Shown here: in pieces, positions 1-11,840 of the stretch | Layout: each line of letters starts with the position of its first letter | Position numbering within the stretch: the first letter of the stretch is position 1 | DNA from: Blastocladiella emersonii ATCC 22665 | Lineage: Eukaryota; Fungi; Blastocladiomycota | Assembly: GCA_025594325.1 (NCBI GenBank) | Contig: JANHCV010000007.1 | Span: forward strand, 558,001 to 622,000 | Reading direction: 5' to 3' | Length of the DNA: 64,000 nucleotides | Program-made: the position numbers and the translations under genes | Notes under the pieces: generated by a model | Told to the model about the DNA's origin: nothing | Database searches by the model: none | What the model saw: the letters and a program-made list of their open reading frames with translations, nothing else

Positions 1-1128
1 GTGATGGAGGGCACGATTTCGACGCTCGAGTCGCACCTGTCCGACGACATGAAGCAGAAGTTTCAGTCGGTGCTCGCCGACGGGTACGCCATGGGGATCG
101 GGTGGGTCGACACCAAGCTCGCCGAAACGTTCCCGCAGGCCAACCTGACCGCCGTGTACCGCCGCATCTCGCGCTCGTTTTCGCGCAGCCCGACGCCGAC
201 GCTCGTTGGGCTCTCCGCCGCGGCGAGCAGCGGGACGCCGGTGCTCGGCAAGGCGCTCGTCGAGGACCCCGCCGCGGTCGTCGGCGAGCTCGCGTTCCTG
301 ACGCGGCTCCCGCACACGGCCACGGTCGTCGCGGCGCTGACCACGGGCAACTTCTCGGCGCTCACCGACTACACGGTGCTCATGGGGTCGGCCATGGAGC
401 TCAAGGACAGCAGCAGCCACATGGTCGCGACCGTCACGAAACTGATCCAGGACTCGTCGACCGCCACGGCGTACCTTTCGGGCGCGCTCACGTCCATGGG
501 GACCGTCACGTTCAGCGTGCTGATCAGCATCACGCAGTACCTGCTCGACGCCTTCGACTTCATCTTCCAGGGCATCATGTTCCTGATCACGCTGCACACG
601 CTCGTGTCGCGCGAGACGTCGGTCACCGAGTGGTTCGCGCACCTGCTGATCCTGGCGGACCCGGAGCAGGAGCTGACGCGGTCGCTCGAGGACAACATCG
701 TGTCGGTGCTCATGTGCACGACCAAGCTGACCGTGTTCCACACGCTGCTGACGTGGTTCACCTTCTCTGCGTTCGGCGTCGACCTCGTCTACATCTCGAC
801 CGCCCTGACCGTCGTGCTCTCGATCGTCCCGCTCGTCCCGCCCATGTGGATCGCCGTCCCCGCCGCCATCTCGCTCTACTGGCAAACGCGCTTTTGGAGC
901 GCCACGGCCCTGCTCGTCATTCACTTCTACGCCGCGTGGTTCGTCGACCCGGCGTTCTTTGCCGAGATCCCCGAGGTCAACCCGTACTTTTCCGCCCTCG
1001 CCTTCATCCTCGGCCTCTGGGCGTTTGGTCTCGAGGGACTCGTCCTTGGCCCGCTTCTCATGACCGTCATCCCGACGCTCTTCTCCATGATGTCCAAGAA
1101 GCTTGGCGAATCCGAGCCCGTCGCGTGA
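1..1128 (+). CDS. TMEM245 / AI-2E-family multi-pass membrane protein, 5'-truncated by the window edge
   Basis: Open frame from base 1 with several hydrophobic segments. The C-terminal GLWAFGLEGLVLGPLLMTV resembles the AI-2E/TMEM245 signature. Strong G/C at third codon positions. Confidence 0.75.
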   Translation: MMEGTISTLESHLSDDMKQKFQSVLADGYAMGIGWVDTKLAETFPQANLTAVYRRISRSFSRSPTPTLVGLSAAASSGTPVLGKALVEDPAAVVGELAFLTRLPHTATVVAALTTGNFSALTDYTVLMGSAMELKDSSSHMVATVTKLIQDSSTATAYLSGALTSMGTVTFSVLISITQYLLDAFDFIFQGIMFLITLHTLVSRETSVTEWFAHLLILADPEQELTRSLEDNIVSVLMCTTKLTVFHTLLTWFTFSAFGVDLVYISTALTVVLSIVPLVPPMWIAVPAAISLYWQTRFWSATALLVIHFYAAWFVDPAFFAEIPEVNPYFSALAFILGLWAFGLEGLVLGPLLMTVIPTLFSMMSKKLGESEPVA

Positions 1129-1322
1129 GAGGAGATGTAAACGAGAAATGTATCATGGTGTGTTCAAAGGAAATCGTGGAAGGTGAACTGGATGTACGTT
1201 GGGAACGAAGCGAGCCGTGTTGAGCGATGGCCTGTTGAGCCTGCTGTTGAGCGACGCGCGAGACGCGCGCCCAAAATCCGACTGGCGTCTCGAATCGGTC
1301 CTCGCTCCAAACGTCCCCCACC

Positions 1323-3014
1323 ATGAATGATAATCGAATGAAACCCATGCAACTTAACTTGCTGCCTTCTCTCGTACTCGCGAACCTCGCCCTATACCTC
1401 GACGCGCGCGAGCTCTCGCGGCTGCGACAGACCTGCGTCGCGCTGAGCCGCGTCCCCGCGAGCGCCGCCGCTCTGCGCGAACACACCCGGTGGGCCATCG
1501 ACCGCGGATCCTTCTCTGATTTGCGCACGCTGCTCTTCGATCAACGTCGATCCATCCCCGAGGAGGACCTGTATGCGGTTTCAAAGATGCTTGCCAAGGG
1601 TGCCGTCGACCTTTGCGACATGGAGTTGCTCCGTTCCGTCCTCGACACCGCTGTCGCTCCAGCACCGCGCGGCCATGTCGGCATTTCTATCTTCCACCTG
1701 CTCCTTGACGCAACTCAGCTGGGGCAGCGCGGGGTTCCAGGCGCGCTCGACATCGCTCAATTCCTTATCATCAATCCGCGGCCTTGCTACATGCCAAGCC
1801 ACCACTTCTTCGGCGAACTCTTCTCTGCCTTTCGTACCGTCGCGTCATCCGTTGACTTGGACACGCTGGCCAAAACGCATCCGTTGCGGGCATTCAACCT
1901 TGCCGTTCTTGCTGACAACCAGCCGTACATCACCCAGCACCTCGCCGCATCATTGAAAGTCCTTGTCCAAGACCCAAGCGCGCGTGACCAACGCAGCGGG
2001 TGGTTCTCCATCACCGACCTGCTCAGCCTGACGCTTCTCCTTGGCAACGCGTCCACGACAAGTGCCATACTCGACCACCTTGAAGAGAATTACTGGCCGA
2101 CCGTCCGGAAATGCACAGTTGACTGGGAAGTCGTGCTGCTGGAAGCGCACGATGGGGTCGCTCCAGGGCCGCTCCGTCTCATGCTGACCCATTCTACAGC
2201 TCGAGACATGTTTGCGCGCACTCCTTTCAACGCGTTCCGTGCGATTGCTCACGGAAAGGTTGATAAGCTTAGGGCACGCCTTCGCAAATATGGTCGCAAA
2301 AAGCTGTATAAAGATGACCCCGAGCTGCGCATCTACTTGTTGTTGCCGCTTGCTTGGACCCTTGGCCAAGTCGCTTGCTTTGACGGCATGGTGCAGGAGC
2401 TGACGCCGCTGTGGAACGACAAGCCATACTTTGCAATTCTTTCATTGGAAGCTGCGTGCGAATACCCGAACCCGTCGCAGGCCAAGCACCTTCTCAATCA
2501 GCTCCTTCAAATGCAGACTGCCGTTCGTCGTCAGGTTGCCCTTCATTTCCCAAAGCTTGCGGAAATGGCTGCTTCGCGCGCCAACCTGAAGATGCTTCAG
2601 TGGTTGTTGGTGTCGGCACGCCCTCAAATTTTGCGATTGATGAACAGCTCCAAGCATGGTGCTGATCAAAAGCTTGACGTTGACGTTTCCGACTTGGTGC
2701 TTCGCGCAGCTAACGGTACTTCCGCGCCGACGAAGTGCCTGATCGATACAATTGGCTGGCTGCTGCAAGAGTTCTCCTTGGAGCCCAATCGCGAGAAACA
2801 GGCGATCCTCAAAGCGATTTGCAGCGACGAAATTCACTTCAATGCAGGATTGATCGAGTATCTGCTTTCTGACCTGGAACTGGACCCGTCATTCAACAAC
2901 AACGGGCTCCTGAAATACGTCCGGATCAACTGGACGTTCCCGACGGCCGAATCGCTTCTCTTACGCGACCCGCGAGTGGCAGCCATTGAGCGTTTACGGC
3001 TTGCACAGCGATGA
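1323..3014 (+). CDS. F-box-like protein with degenerate C-terminal ankyrin-like repeat (563 aa; start may be 1338 or 1347)
   Basis: Single long ORF. N-terminal LLPSLVLANLALYLDARELSRLRQTCVAL is F-box-like. C-terminal LDPSFNNN...LLLRDPRV resembles ankyrin-type capping repeats. Confidence 0.6.
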   Translation: MNDNRMKPMQLNLLPSLVLANLALYLDARELSRLRQTCVALSRVPASAAALREHTRWAIDRGSFSDLRTLLFDQRRSIPEEDLYAVSKMLAKGAVDLCDMELLRSVLDTAVAPAPRGHVGISIFHLLLDATQLGQRGVPGALDIAQFLIINPRPCYMPSHHFFGELFSAFRTVASSVDLDTLAKTHPLRAFNLAVLADNQPYITQHLAASLKVLVQDPSARDQRSGWFSITDLLSLTLLLGNASTTSAILDHLEENYWPTVRKCTVDWEVVLLEAHDGVAPGPLRLMLTHSTARDMFARTPFNAFRAIAHGKVDKLRARLRKYGRKKLYKDDPELRIYLLLPLAWTLGQVACFDGMVQELTPLWNDKPYFAILSLEAACEYPNPSQAKHLLNQLLQMQTAVRRQVALHFPKLAEMAASRANLKMLQWLLVSARPQILRLMNSSKHGADQKLDVDVSDLVLRAANGTSAPTKCLIDTIGWLLQEFSLEPNREKQAILKAICSDEIHFNAGLIEYLLSDLELDPSFNNNGLLKYVRINWTFPTAESLLLRDPRVAAIERLRLAQR

Positions 3015-3420
3015 CGCGGTCATGGCTCGGTCGGATGGATGAATTTTTACTGTTGCTGTGTAACCAATGAACGTATTTACTGGTGATAGCTTTCGATCTC
3101 GAGTGATTTCTGAGCTGATCTAAGACGATGGAGGTTTTTGACGCGTACGGGCAGCAACCGCGATGAACGCTCAGCGGGCGGTCGTGTTCCTAGCAGGCCC
3201 GGGTCTGTCGATTCCAGCCTCCGCGATGTTGCCCGGGCATGTATTTGCGGGTCGAACGCGAACGACGCAGTGTGGGCGGGACAAGACGCGTCACGCCACT
3301 TAGCCCCCCTGGTCACGTCTGATCGACGCGAGACGCGAGACATCACGTGTGGACGCGACGGGCTGCGGCTGAGGTCGGGCGGCCGCCCTTCCTCCTGTTC
3401 TCATCGTCCCAATCGCGAAA

Positions 3421-4422
3421 ATGACAACGAATGAATTGAAGACTTATCGCAACGGCTCAGAGAGACCAAAATCAACCTCTCGATCTTCAAAGCCAGCATG
3501 GCGGCCGACAGGCAAGACCATCGACCCGAAGCTGCGCGCGACGCTGCAGAGCCGCGCCATCACCCCGCCACCATCATCGGCTCCGCGACCCGCAACTCGC
3601 GCTGTTTCACAACCGCGCTCAACCTCTGCGCCGCTGACGCTTCCCGCGCGGCCTCCGACGAGCAGTCGCCATCCGCCGAGTGAGACGCCAGAACAACACG
3701 CGACTCCGCTGCCACCGCCCAAGTCCCCCGAAGCCCGGCGTGCTGAGCGCTCGGCCGAAATCCACTCGATCCTCGAGCGGATCCGAAAGTTACGCGCCGA
3801 GTGCACGCTCGACCCAGCGTCGCGACCAGCGGAGCCGTCGATACATGCGCCTGCTCGCTCGCCATCGTCTCCGCGGGAACCCGTGGGATCCACACCCTGT
3901 GCTACATCAGCCCCGCCACCACCACGCGCGTCATCACCACCCCGGCCCACTTCCCCGCCGCACTTCCAGCAACCGACCGAGAGCTCGACGCGGCACACGG
4001 TGCAGTGCGACTCGCGCCCTTGCCCGCCGCGCCGTCCTCGCCCCAAAAAGCTCGCCGGCCCCGTCGCCCCGCCGCCACCCGTCCCCGCGCGTCCGCCGCC
4101 GCTCGAGCTGCGGTCGCTCCGCATGCTCAAGGACATGCAGGCCGAGGAGCACCTGCGCGCGCTCAAGTCGTTCCGCCCGCGGCCGCTGGCGCTCCCGCGC
4201 CCACACATGGCGCTCTCGCGGCTCGATGATCTCGGGCCCGGGACCCACGGAACGGGCCAAGCGAGCCGCGCCGCGCTGCATCTGGCTATCGAGGCGTCGC
4301 TCGAGGACCTGTACCGCGAGCTTGACACGGAGGACGGCGTGTACGCGGGCCCGCCGGCCGACGGAGGGATCGGGGTCGGGTTTGGGATCGAGGAGGACTG
4401 GGAGCACGGGGCAGACTTTTGA
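3421..4422 (+). CDS. Pro/Ser-rich hypothetical protein (333 aa)
   Basis: ATG-started ORF with an ordered C-terminal part (LRMLKDMQAEEHLRALKSF, acidic tail). The antisense ORF 3444-4427 is treated as a shadow. Confidence 0.55.
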   Translation: MTTNELKTYRNGSERPKSTSRSSKPAWRPTGKTIDPKLRATLQSRAITPPPSSAPRPATRAVSQPRSTSAPLTLPARPPTSSRHPPSETPEQHATPLPPPKSPEARRAERSAEIHSILERIRKLRAECTLDPASRPAEPSIHAPARSPSSPREPVGSTPCATSAPPPPRASSPPRPTSPPHFQQPTESSTRHTVQCDSRPCPPRRPRPKKLAGPVAPPPPVPARPPPLELRSLRMLKDMQAEEHLRALKSFRPRPLALPRPHMALSRLDDLGPGTHGTGQASRAALHLAIEASLEDLYRELDTEDGVYAGPPADGGIGVGFGIEEDWEHGADF

Positions 4423-4618
4423 TACAATTTGACAAGGACTCCTAGTTGCCTGGTCTAGTTGGAGAAGGGATGAGCGCATACACGGGCGGGGCGCAGGGCG
4501 GAGCGATGCTGGCAGTTCCCTTGATGCTGGAGGCCTGACGAGCGACGCCTTTCGTCGCGGCGTTCGCCTTACCCTCCTTCGTTCCCGCTCCCCTTCACTT
4601 CAAGGGCTCCAACACTAG

Positions 4619-5843
4619 ATGCAACGTAACATGCAGCAACCATGGAGAACGGACCTAGGTCCTGAGATCAGAACCAAAATCTTGCTGTTGTGTGCTCCGC
4701 GGGCGGTGGTCCCTGCCGCCAGCCACGCCTTCAAGTACATTGCCCGGTGCGCTACAGTTCAGCTCGATTGGAAGACGCGCCCCAACCTTGGCACCAAGCC
4801 CGCGGTCTCGGTTCAGGACAGCTTGTGGTTCCTTTCTGCCGTCTTTGAGAAACGCAGCCTTCGGCAGAAGGCCTTGCGTCTCGCCAAGGCAAGCCTCGAG
4901 GCTGACGAATCCTGGTCGCACTCCCGCTTTGTGTGCAGAGGTACGGATATGGCGAAGATGGCGGTCCCGTTGTGAGCGGCGCATGCTGACCCGGCTTGTT
5001 TACGGAATAGCCCTTGCGACTATTCGTGACTACTGCGAGTCGTGGCCCGATCCGCGAATGGACGAGTTCTGCGAGCTCTTCGAGATTCCGACCCCCACCG
5101 AGATCTCCGAGCAGCTCGACCGCGCCATTCGTAGTCAGCACGAGGTGATCAAGTTTATGCGCGAGTACCCGCGGTACTACAGCCTCATCGTTCTCGAGGA
5201 GGCGTTCGACAAGTCCGTTGGCGCCGACGACTGCTACGTGCGCCCGCATCTGGCGATCCTGCTCACGCAGCTCATGTGCGCGGTCGAGGGCGCGGGCTGG
5301 ATCGGGCCCCAAGGTGCGGGCTGGATTGGCGCCGCGGACGTGTCCATGATCATTCAAGGTTACATCGACGAGGAACTGGCGGCATGGCTTCTGCTGCCTC
5401 TCATCGAGTACGCAACCCGTCTCCGGCGCCTCGGGTACATAGAAGAAGATGATGACGACGAGCCCTTTGACATTGGCTTTGTCGAGATCGCCATCCGCCG
5501 CGTTTTTGCTTCTTGGCGCGGCTATATCGAGGGCCCCAAGGAGTGCATGGATGACCTCGCCGCGGCGCTCCGCTCGCTGCTCCGCGTTGACATCAACAGC
5601 GACGACGATGACGATGACGCTCCCATCGTCGTGCTCGACTCGATTGCGCGCCGCTTTGTCCAGCGCGAGCGCGAGTGGGTCTTGCGCGAGGTCGTTGATT
5701 GGGCCCGCGCCGACGAGTTCCGCTGGATGTTCTCGCTGCTCAACGCCACGGACGGTCTGCTCAAGGACATGACGGCCGTTGGTCAGCAGGCCAAGTACGA
5801 CGAGTGGAAGGAGTACTACGACGATTTTGGATCCCCGTTTTGA
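4619..5843 (+). CDS. Two-exon hypothetical protein with F-box-like N-terminus (~384 aa)
   Basis: Intron 4941-5010 (GTACGG...CTGAC...TAG, phase 1) joins ORF 4619 in frame to ORF 4692. N-terminus DLGPEIRTKILLLC is F-box-like. Confidence 0.6.
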
Positions 5844-6000
5844 GCGGATCTGTCGCCACCGAGCTGTATCGATTCGCAATACAAGTATATTTTGTTCGAA
5901 CACGAACGCGAAGATCGAATACACAATGCCGCTGGCAGGCGCGGTCACACAAACAAACCATCCTCGTCATCCCTGGGCCCATCTATCGCTGCCGCCGTTA

Positions 6001-7302
6001 TCAAAGTGCACCAAAATTGGTGAAGCTCTGTGCAAAGATGTGTCGCCCAAGTTCCACGTCGGGCAAAACACGCTCTGCTGCAACTTGCTCAAGACCGTGC
6101 ATAAACGCGTCGTCCAAGCCGGAATTCTTAAGTGTGAGTTTCTCGGCAAACATGGGAAGCTGGCGAAGTACCGCGAGAGCGGCTGCTGAGCCAATCTCGT
6201 TTTCACTGAGATCGACGGACTTGATGGATGCAGGGACGCCAGCAGCAAGCAATACTGCCCCAGCGGCAGTCAGTTGAACATCTTGGAGCGTGAACGACGT
6301 GAGGTAAGGTGGGAAGTGGTGCGCGATCGCTCCCGCGCACTCGTCCATGAGCTCGCCCGATTCGCGAAGGTCAAGCTCCAGGAGCGATGCGGGAAGTGCA
6401 CAAAAGAGTTCGAGGTAGCTCGTTTCGTCGAAACCACAAACGTGCAATTCAAGCTTTTGGAGCTGCTGAGGCATGTTAGAAGCGAGGCGGCGAACTCCCG
6501 GTGACGGTTTTGGGAAGCCACCGTTCGACCAGGGCGTCATCGTTGGACTCGATGTACAAGTTTAAGGAAAGAGTGACCTTGGTGGCCTTGCTTGACGCGA
6601 TTATTTGCGCAAGAACCGAGAAGGGGAAGCAAAGATATGCGAACTCGATTTCATGAATCTGCTGCGTTGGGCTGGAAAGGGCCTCTGCGAGTATTTGAGC
6701 GCCGCATTTGCTGAGCCGGAAGCTCTCGAGACGCATTTTAGTCATGAAACCAGATGAGATTCCCTCGGCCTCCTGGGCTACGAGTAGGTCGCCAGGCGCG
6801 CAATTGATTGCGCTCTAATGCTCATCAAGCGGGGACGGTTAGCGAAGATTGATGAGTTTTCGTGAAGGTCGACGCATACCGGTTCAGCGGTGCGGCGCAC
6901 TGAGTCAAACCACGCCGGATACTTGTCCAGAATCAAAGGCAGCGCGTCGTGCTCGGGTGCCCAGATCGAGTAGCCAGTGAGGGGAAGCCCGGAACGTCGC
7001 CACCAATCAATGACGTTGAAGCGTTTCAAGCGAAGGACCTCTTCGAGCGCGGAGCGGCTGTTGGAAACCACGCGGCCGCTCGCCCTCCAAAGCTCGAGCG
7101 CCCACACGTGGCCACCTGCCATCATGCCTGCAAGCGGGACCTTGTCGACAACGTGGTTGAGAAGTGTCCGAAAGACTCGCGGGGCGTCACGCCGCAGCAG
7201 GACCCGGGCGTACTGCGCCAAGCCGACGCGGTCTGTCGGGTCGTGAAGTAGGACGGCGCGGACGAGTATGTCCTCAAGCAGGTGATTTACATGTAGTTTC
7301 AT
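6001..7302 (-). pseudogene. ANK-like/LRR family copy 1; internal ~400-nt deletion with frameshift near 6500
   Basis: Exon 1 is 7302-6880 (MKLHVNH...). Intron 6879-6815 is GTATGC...GCTAAC...TAG. Exon 2 starts SAINCAPGDL and stops at 6476. The remaining LRRs lie in another frame (ORF 6001-6540). Exon 2 spans 814 nt versus 1209-1245 nt in paralogs. Confidence 0.8.
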
Positions 7303-7406
7303 GATGTCTAGTATGCATGCGATGTCATACGGGGGGGGGGCAAGGAACGATGGGACGGCGACGACGGCGGTCAGAGCGAGCTGCCAAGCCTCAACCGTCG
7401 AGCGGG

Positions 7407-7447
7407 CATCGCGTGATCAAGACGTGATTTTGGGGCGCGTCTCGCAG
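7407..7447 (-). promoter_or_regulatory. Conserved upstream motif of LRR copy 1
   Basis: + strand CGCGTGATCAAGACGTGATTTTGGGGCGCGTCTCG, about 105-145 bp upstream of the ATG. Shared with the other four copies. Confidence 0.6.
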
Positions 7448-7603
7448 CTCGCAGCGACGGGCGCAGGCGAAGGACGAATCTCTCCTTAAATCCCTTAGAC
7501 TAGAATGGATGTGTTCAAACAATCAAATTATGAGTACAATTACGAGAGTGAACAGAAAAACGCACTTGGACAAGGTCTAGTTGCGAAGCGGGGGCGACGT
7601 GAC

Positions 7604-9305
7604 TCAAAACGTGGCGTTGATGCGGTCCCGGACAGCTGCGACAGCTGCAAGGGAAAAGTTGTTGTCCGTCAAATCGAGCGCTGGGTGCTGCAGATACTGG
7701 ATGTTCCGCTCAATAAGATGGTTGCTGATCGAGGCCAGGAACGCGTCAGTGAGGCCCGTGCCGCACAGCTTAAGGACGCGCGCTACGCCAAAAGCTTTGG
7801 AAAAGACAGTGAACGCTGCCGCAGAGCCAATGGCATCATTCTTGCTCAGGCTGATTGACACGAGCGTGTTGGGGAAGCGCGAGGCGAGGAGAGCCGCGCC
7901 AGCTGAGGTGAGCTGCACCTCCTCAAGCGCGAGCGAGGTCAGCCCCGGCGGGAAGCTGTGTGCGAGTGCGGCAGCGCAGTCGTCCGTGAGTTCGTTAAAA
8001 TCGGACAATTCCAGTACGCGAAGTGTAGTGGGGAGCGCGGCAAGCAGTTCGCAAAGCCCATCACTGCCCAGGTGGCACAACGTCAACATGAGTTGCTCGA
8101 GTTGAGGCGGCATGTTAGCAGCAAGAAGGTGGCATCCCTTCGAGCCGACATGGCTGATTTCGAGGCGGAATTTGCGAAGCGACGGAGGCAAATTGGCAAC
8201 GATTTCGTGCGCCGACTCGGAATCGAGCAACTCCATTGCGCAGATCTCCAGCACCCGGAGAGTGGAAGGAAGGCGTGCCATGAGGGCCTTACAATCCGCG
8301 TGCATCAACTCGACGTCATGCATCAAAAGCGACCGGAGTCCTTGCGGCAACCCGTGTGCCAAATCGAGAAAAGTCTGCTTGTTTGGACCAAGCGAGACAA
8401 TAGAGATCAGCTCGAGCGCAGGAGGGAGATGGCGAAAGTAGAGAGCGGACGGAGGCACAAGAAAGTCGCAACCACCGCCCATATAGTGGAACTCCTTGCA
8501 AGTGTCGGGAAGCCACTGCGTTGAAGGCGACGAGTCCACCAAGTCCTCGACGAAGTAGCTATCTTGAAGCTTGAAGACTCGCGCCGTACTCGAGGTCGCG
8601 ATTTGTGCAACAACGGGGTAGGACAGGCACATATCGTTGAGCTCAATTTCGTCCACCCGTTGGTCGGGACTGGCGAAAGCGTCGGAGAGAATTTGGGCAC
8701 CCGCGAGGCTCAAGCGGCAGTCCTTGAGTTCCAGGTGAGTCGTGTTGCCCGACGCAATATCGTCACGCACCTGCGCGGCGATAAGGTCGCCAGGCGCACA
8801 AGCGAAGCCGCCCTGATGCATGCAACGCGTTGGGGAACTGGTCAGATTCGCCCGTACAGGGAGATGAGCGGGAATTGAGGCGTACCGGCGGAAGAGCCCT
8901 GCGAACCGTTTCAAACCACGCAGGAGATTTGTCCAAGAGCAGTTGTAGCATATTGTGGCCTTCGTGGAAGGTGCGCTCGTGGACGGGAAGGCTAAAGCGA
9001 CGCCACCAGTCTACTACGTTGAAGCGACCGGCTCGAACAACGCGCACGAAGTCGCGTTCCTTGATGGAAAGCGGTCGGCCACTCGCTCGCCAAAGTTCAA
9101 GGGCCCACAGGTAGTTACCAACTGCCGCATCTGCGACAGGAAGGTCGTCAAGCACATGGTCCACAATGGCACGAAAGACGCGAGGGGCCTGGGCGCGCGG
9201 CAGAACCCGGGCGTACTGTGCCAAGCCGGCCCGGTCGGCTGGGTCGTGAAGGCGGACCGCGCAGACCAGGATGTGTTCAAGGATGTGGTTTACATGAAGT
9301 TTCAT
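7604..9305 (-). CDS. ANK-like/LRR (RNI-like) family copy 2, intact, ~542 aa
   Basis: Exon 1 is 9305-8886. Intron 8885-8813 is GTACGC...CTGAC...CAG, phase 0. Exon 2 is 8812-7604, with repeated LPxxLxxLxL units. Confidence 0.85.
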
Positions 9306-9431
9306 GGTGTCTAGTTCATGGTTGATGAGGCGGGCGGTGTCGGGAGAGAGGCAGCGACGACGATGGTTGCAGCGGGACGGGTGCGGCTGGGCATCAACTG
9401 ATCGAAGGCGATCGAAAAATGTAAGACCTCA

Positions 9432-9470
9432 GCACGTGACCATGGCGTGATATCGAGACGCGTCTCGCAG
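9432..9470 (-). promoter_or_regulatory. Conserved upstream motif of LRR copy 2
   Basis: + strand CACGTGACCATGGCGTGATATCGAGACGCGTCTCG. Confidence 0.6.
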
Positions 9471-9711
9471 CGCCGCCGCTCGCCGCTCCTTCCCAAAGCT
9501 TGACGCGTCAAGACGCATTCTACGCGAGTAAAAAAATTGGGGACCTGTTTAGAGGCTGTTGTTTCGCATCATGTGGGGCCGGGATGCGCGAGGTGAGTTG
9601 TGAGGGTGAGCAACTCCCGACCGTAACCCAACGCGTGGATTTCATGGATTTTCGTCGCACGTTGCATTATATTTATCAATATCATGGATTATTACAGAAA
9701 ACAACGGCCGT

Positions 9712-11443
9712 TTACGGAAGGGCTGCTTTGGTGAACGCCACCCCAACGGCTTGGAGCAGGGTGGCGACTTCGGAGTTATTCACACCGCCAATGGTGAAGT
9801 GGTTCCCATCCACGTTGATTCTGGGCAGCCGGCGACCCGCATTAAGATGACGGCTGATCCCCTGTACGAACGCGGTATCAAGTTCGGTGTCGCGCAGGGA
9901 AAGAAGCTCGAAAGACTCGGGTTTTCCCGCGTTGAGGAGAGCGAGGGCCGCCTCCGACTTGACCGGGTTCTTGTCGAGGATAAGTGTTTTGAGGTGTTCA
10001 GGCAGATGTCCGGCAAGCAGCATTGTGCCCGCCGAAGTGAGGTCCACGTCTTTCAGCGTAAGCGAGCGAAGCAAGGGCGGGAAGTTGCTCGCAAGCGCCT
10101 TTGCGCACTCATCTGTGAACTGAGCGTAACCATTTATCTCGAAGGCTTGGAGAGTTCGGGGGAGGCCGCTCACCAAATCACGGAAACCGTCACCACGCAA
10201 CGCGCATGCGGTGAGCGAAAGCTCGACGAGACCAGGTGGCAGGTTCGCTGCAAGGAGCTGAGTCCCTTCATCGCGAAGGCTAAGGAATTTGAGGAAGAGT
10301 TTGGTGAGTGAGAGTGGCAAGTAGGTTACAATCTCCTGAGAGCTGGTGCGACCGAACGGCAACAATCTGTCCAGAGAGCTGATTTCGAGTTCCTTAAGTT
10401 TGGGCGGGAGACGCGACGTGAGCGCTTTGCAAGCATTGCGGTCCATGGCCACCCCGATCAGCGAAAGAGACACGAGTGTGCGCGGCAAACCCTCGACCAA
10501 ATTGGACATGAAATCGCGGCTCAAGGAAGCGGCTTGGATGGTGAGCCGCCGAAGCGAAGCGGGCATATGGCGCAGAAACAGCGTCGAGATGGGAAGCGCA
10601 GGTTCGCACTCCGTGCTACCGGCCACGAAAACAAACTCCTCGGTCGTTTTGGGGAGCCATGGCCCTTCAAACGGCTTGGCATCGGCGTCGTCGGTGTAGT
10701 AGTTGCAGGAGAGTTCGACTCGCGTCGCTGTGCTTGCTGACGCAACCGCTGCTACGGCAGCAAGTGGCAGGCAGGCTCCATGGAATCTGATCAAATCAAC
10801 CCGCTGTCGCGAACTTGCGAGCGCCTCGACGAACAGGCGGGAACCGCCCTCGCCGAGTCGAACGCCTTCGAGTTGCACGGTAGTTGACTTGCCTGAAGCA
10901 ACATCAGCACTCATCTGGGCAGCAAGGATGTCGCCTGGAGCGCAAGTCACAGCGGCCTAACGTTGCTGCAGGAGGTCAGATTTGCGAGAGATGAGAATCC
11001 GAGCTGAAGAAAGGAAAACGCACGGGGCCAAGTGTTTGCCGAACGGCTTCGTACCACGGCGGCGCATTATCCAGGAGCACATCGACCGGGCTCTCCTGAT
11101 TAGTTTGCGAGCCCCGATTCGCGCAACCGATGCCCTCGCGGCGCCACCAATCAATGGCCTTGAATCGGCGATGCTTCACTGCGCGTTCAAGCACACTCCT
11201 TTGGTCCTGGAATGGTCGGCCAGCTGCTTTCCACTTCAGGGCCCAAACGTGGCCGTCGGCCATGATGTCCAGGAGCGAGCGGTCATTGATAGCGCGTTTG
11301 ATGATGGCAAGGTACACGCGCGGCGCATCAAGGCGCCGCAAGACCCGTGAGTACTGAGCGAGCCCGTGGCCATCAGCTGGGTCGTGGAGCCGGACCGCCC
11401 AGACCAGGATGACCTCGAGAATGTGGTTTACGTTTAGCTTCAT
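9712..11443 (-). CDS. ANK-like/LRR family copy 3, intact, ~554 aa
   Basis: Exon 1 is 11443-11024 (MKLNVNH...). Intron 11023-10957 is GTGCGT...CTGAC...TAG, phase 0. Exon 2 is 10956-9712, starting AAVTCAPGDI. Confidence 0.85.
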
Positions 11444-11568
11444 GGTGCTTAATGGTGCGTGCCCAAGACCAAGTCGTGGGAGCCTTGACTGCAGGAGCTT
11501 CGGCGAAGTGCAGTCGGCAACAGCGGGCTGAATTGCATGCATGCATGCGAACAGGCGGAGCCGAGTCT

Positions 11569-11607
11569 CCACGTGAGCTGGACATGATTTTGCGACGCGT
11601 CTCACGG
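11569..11607 (-). promoter_or_regulatory. Conserved upstream motif of LRR copy 3
   Basis: + strand CACGTGAGCTGGACATGATTTTGCGACGCGTCTC. Confidence 0.6.
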
Positions 11608-11840
11608 CCGAGCCGGCCTGGCGAGCGGAAGTGAGCAGCCACGACATGTTCGCGTAGCTGCTCCGCGTTGCGAAGAGACGTCACGTTTAGACGTTGCTTG
11701 CGCAACGAATCCGGAACAAGTCATGCTTTGTCTCTCCTCTCAGCGAATGCTCTTGACATCGCGCGGTAGTTGCATCTCAAAGTTGTTTATTTATCGACCG
11801 ACGACAAAGGTGGAACATAGCAAATTGACAAAAACGACCA

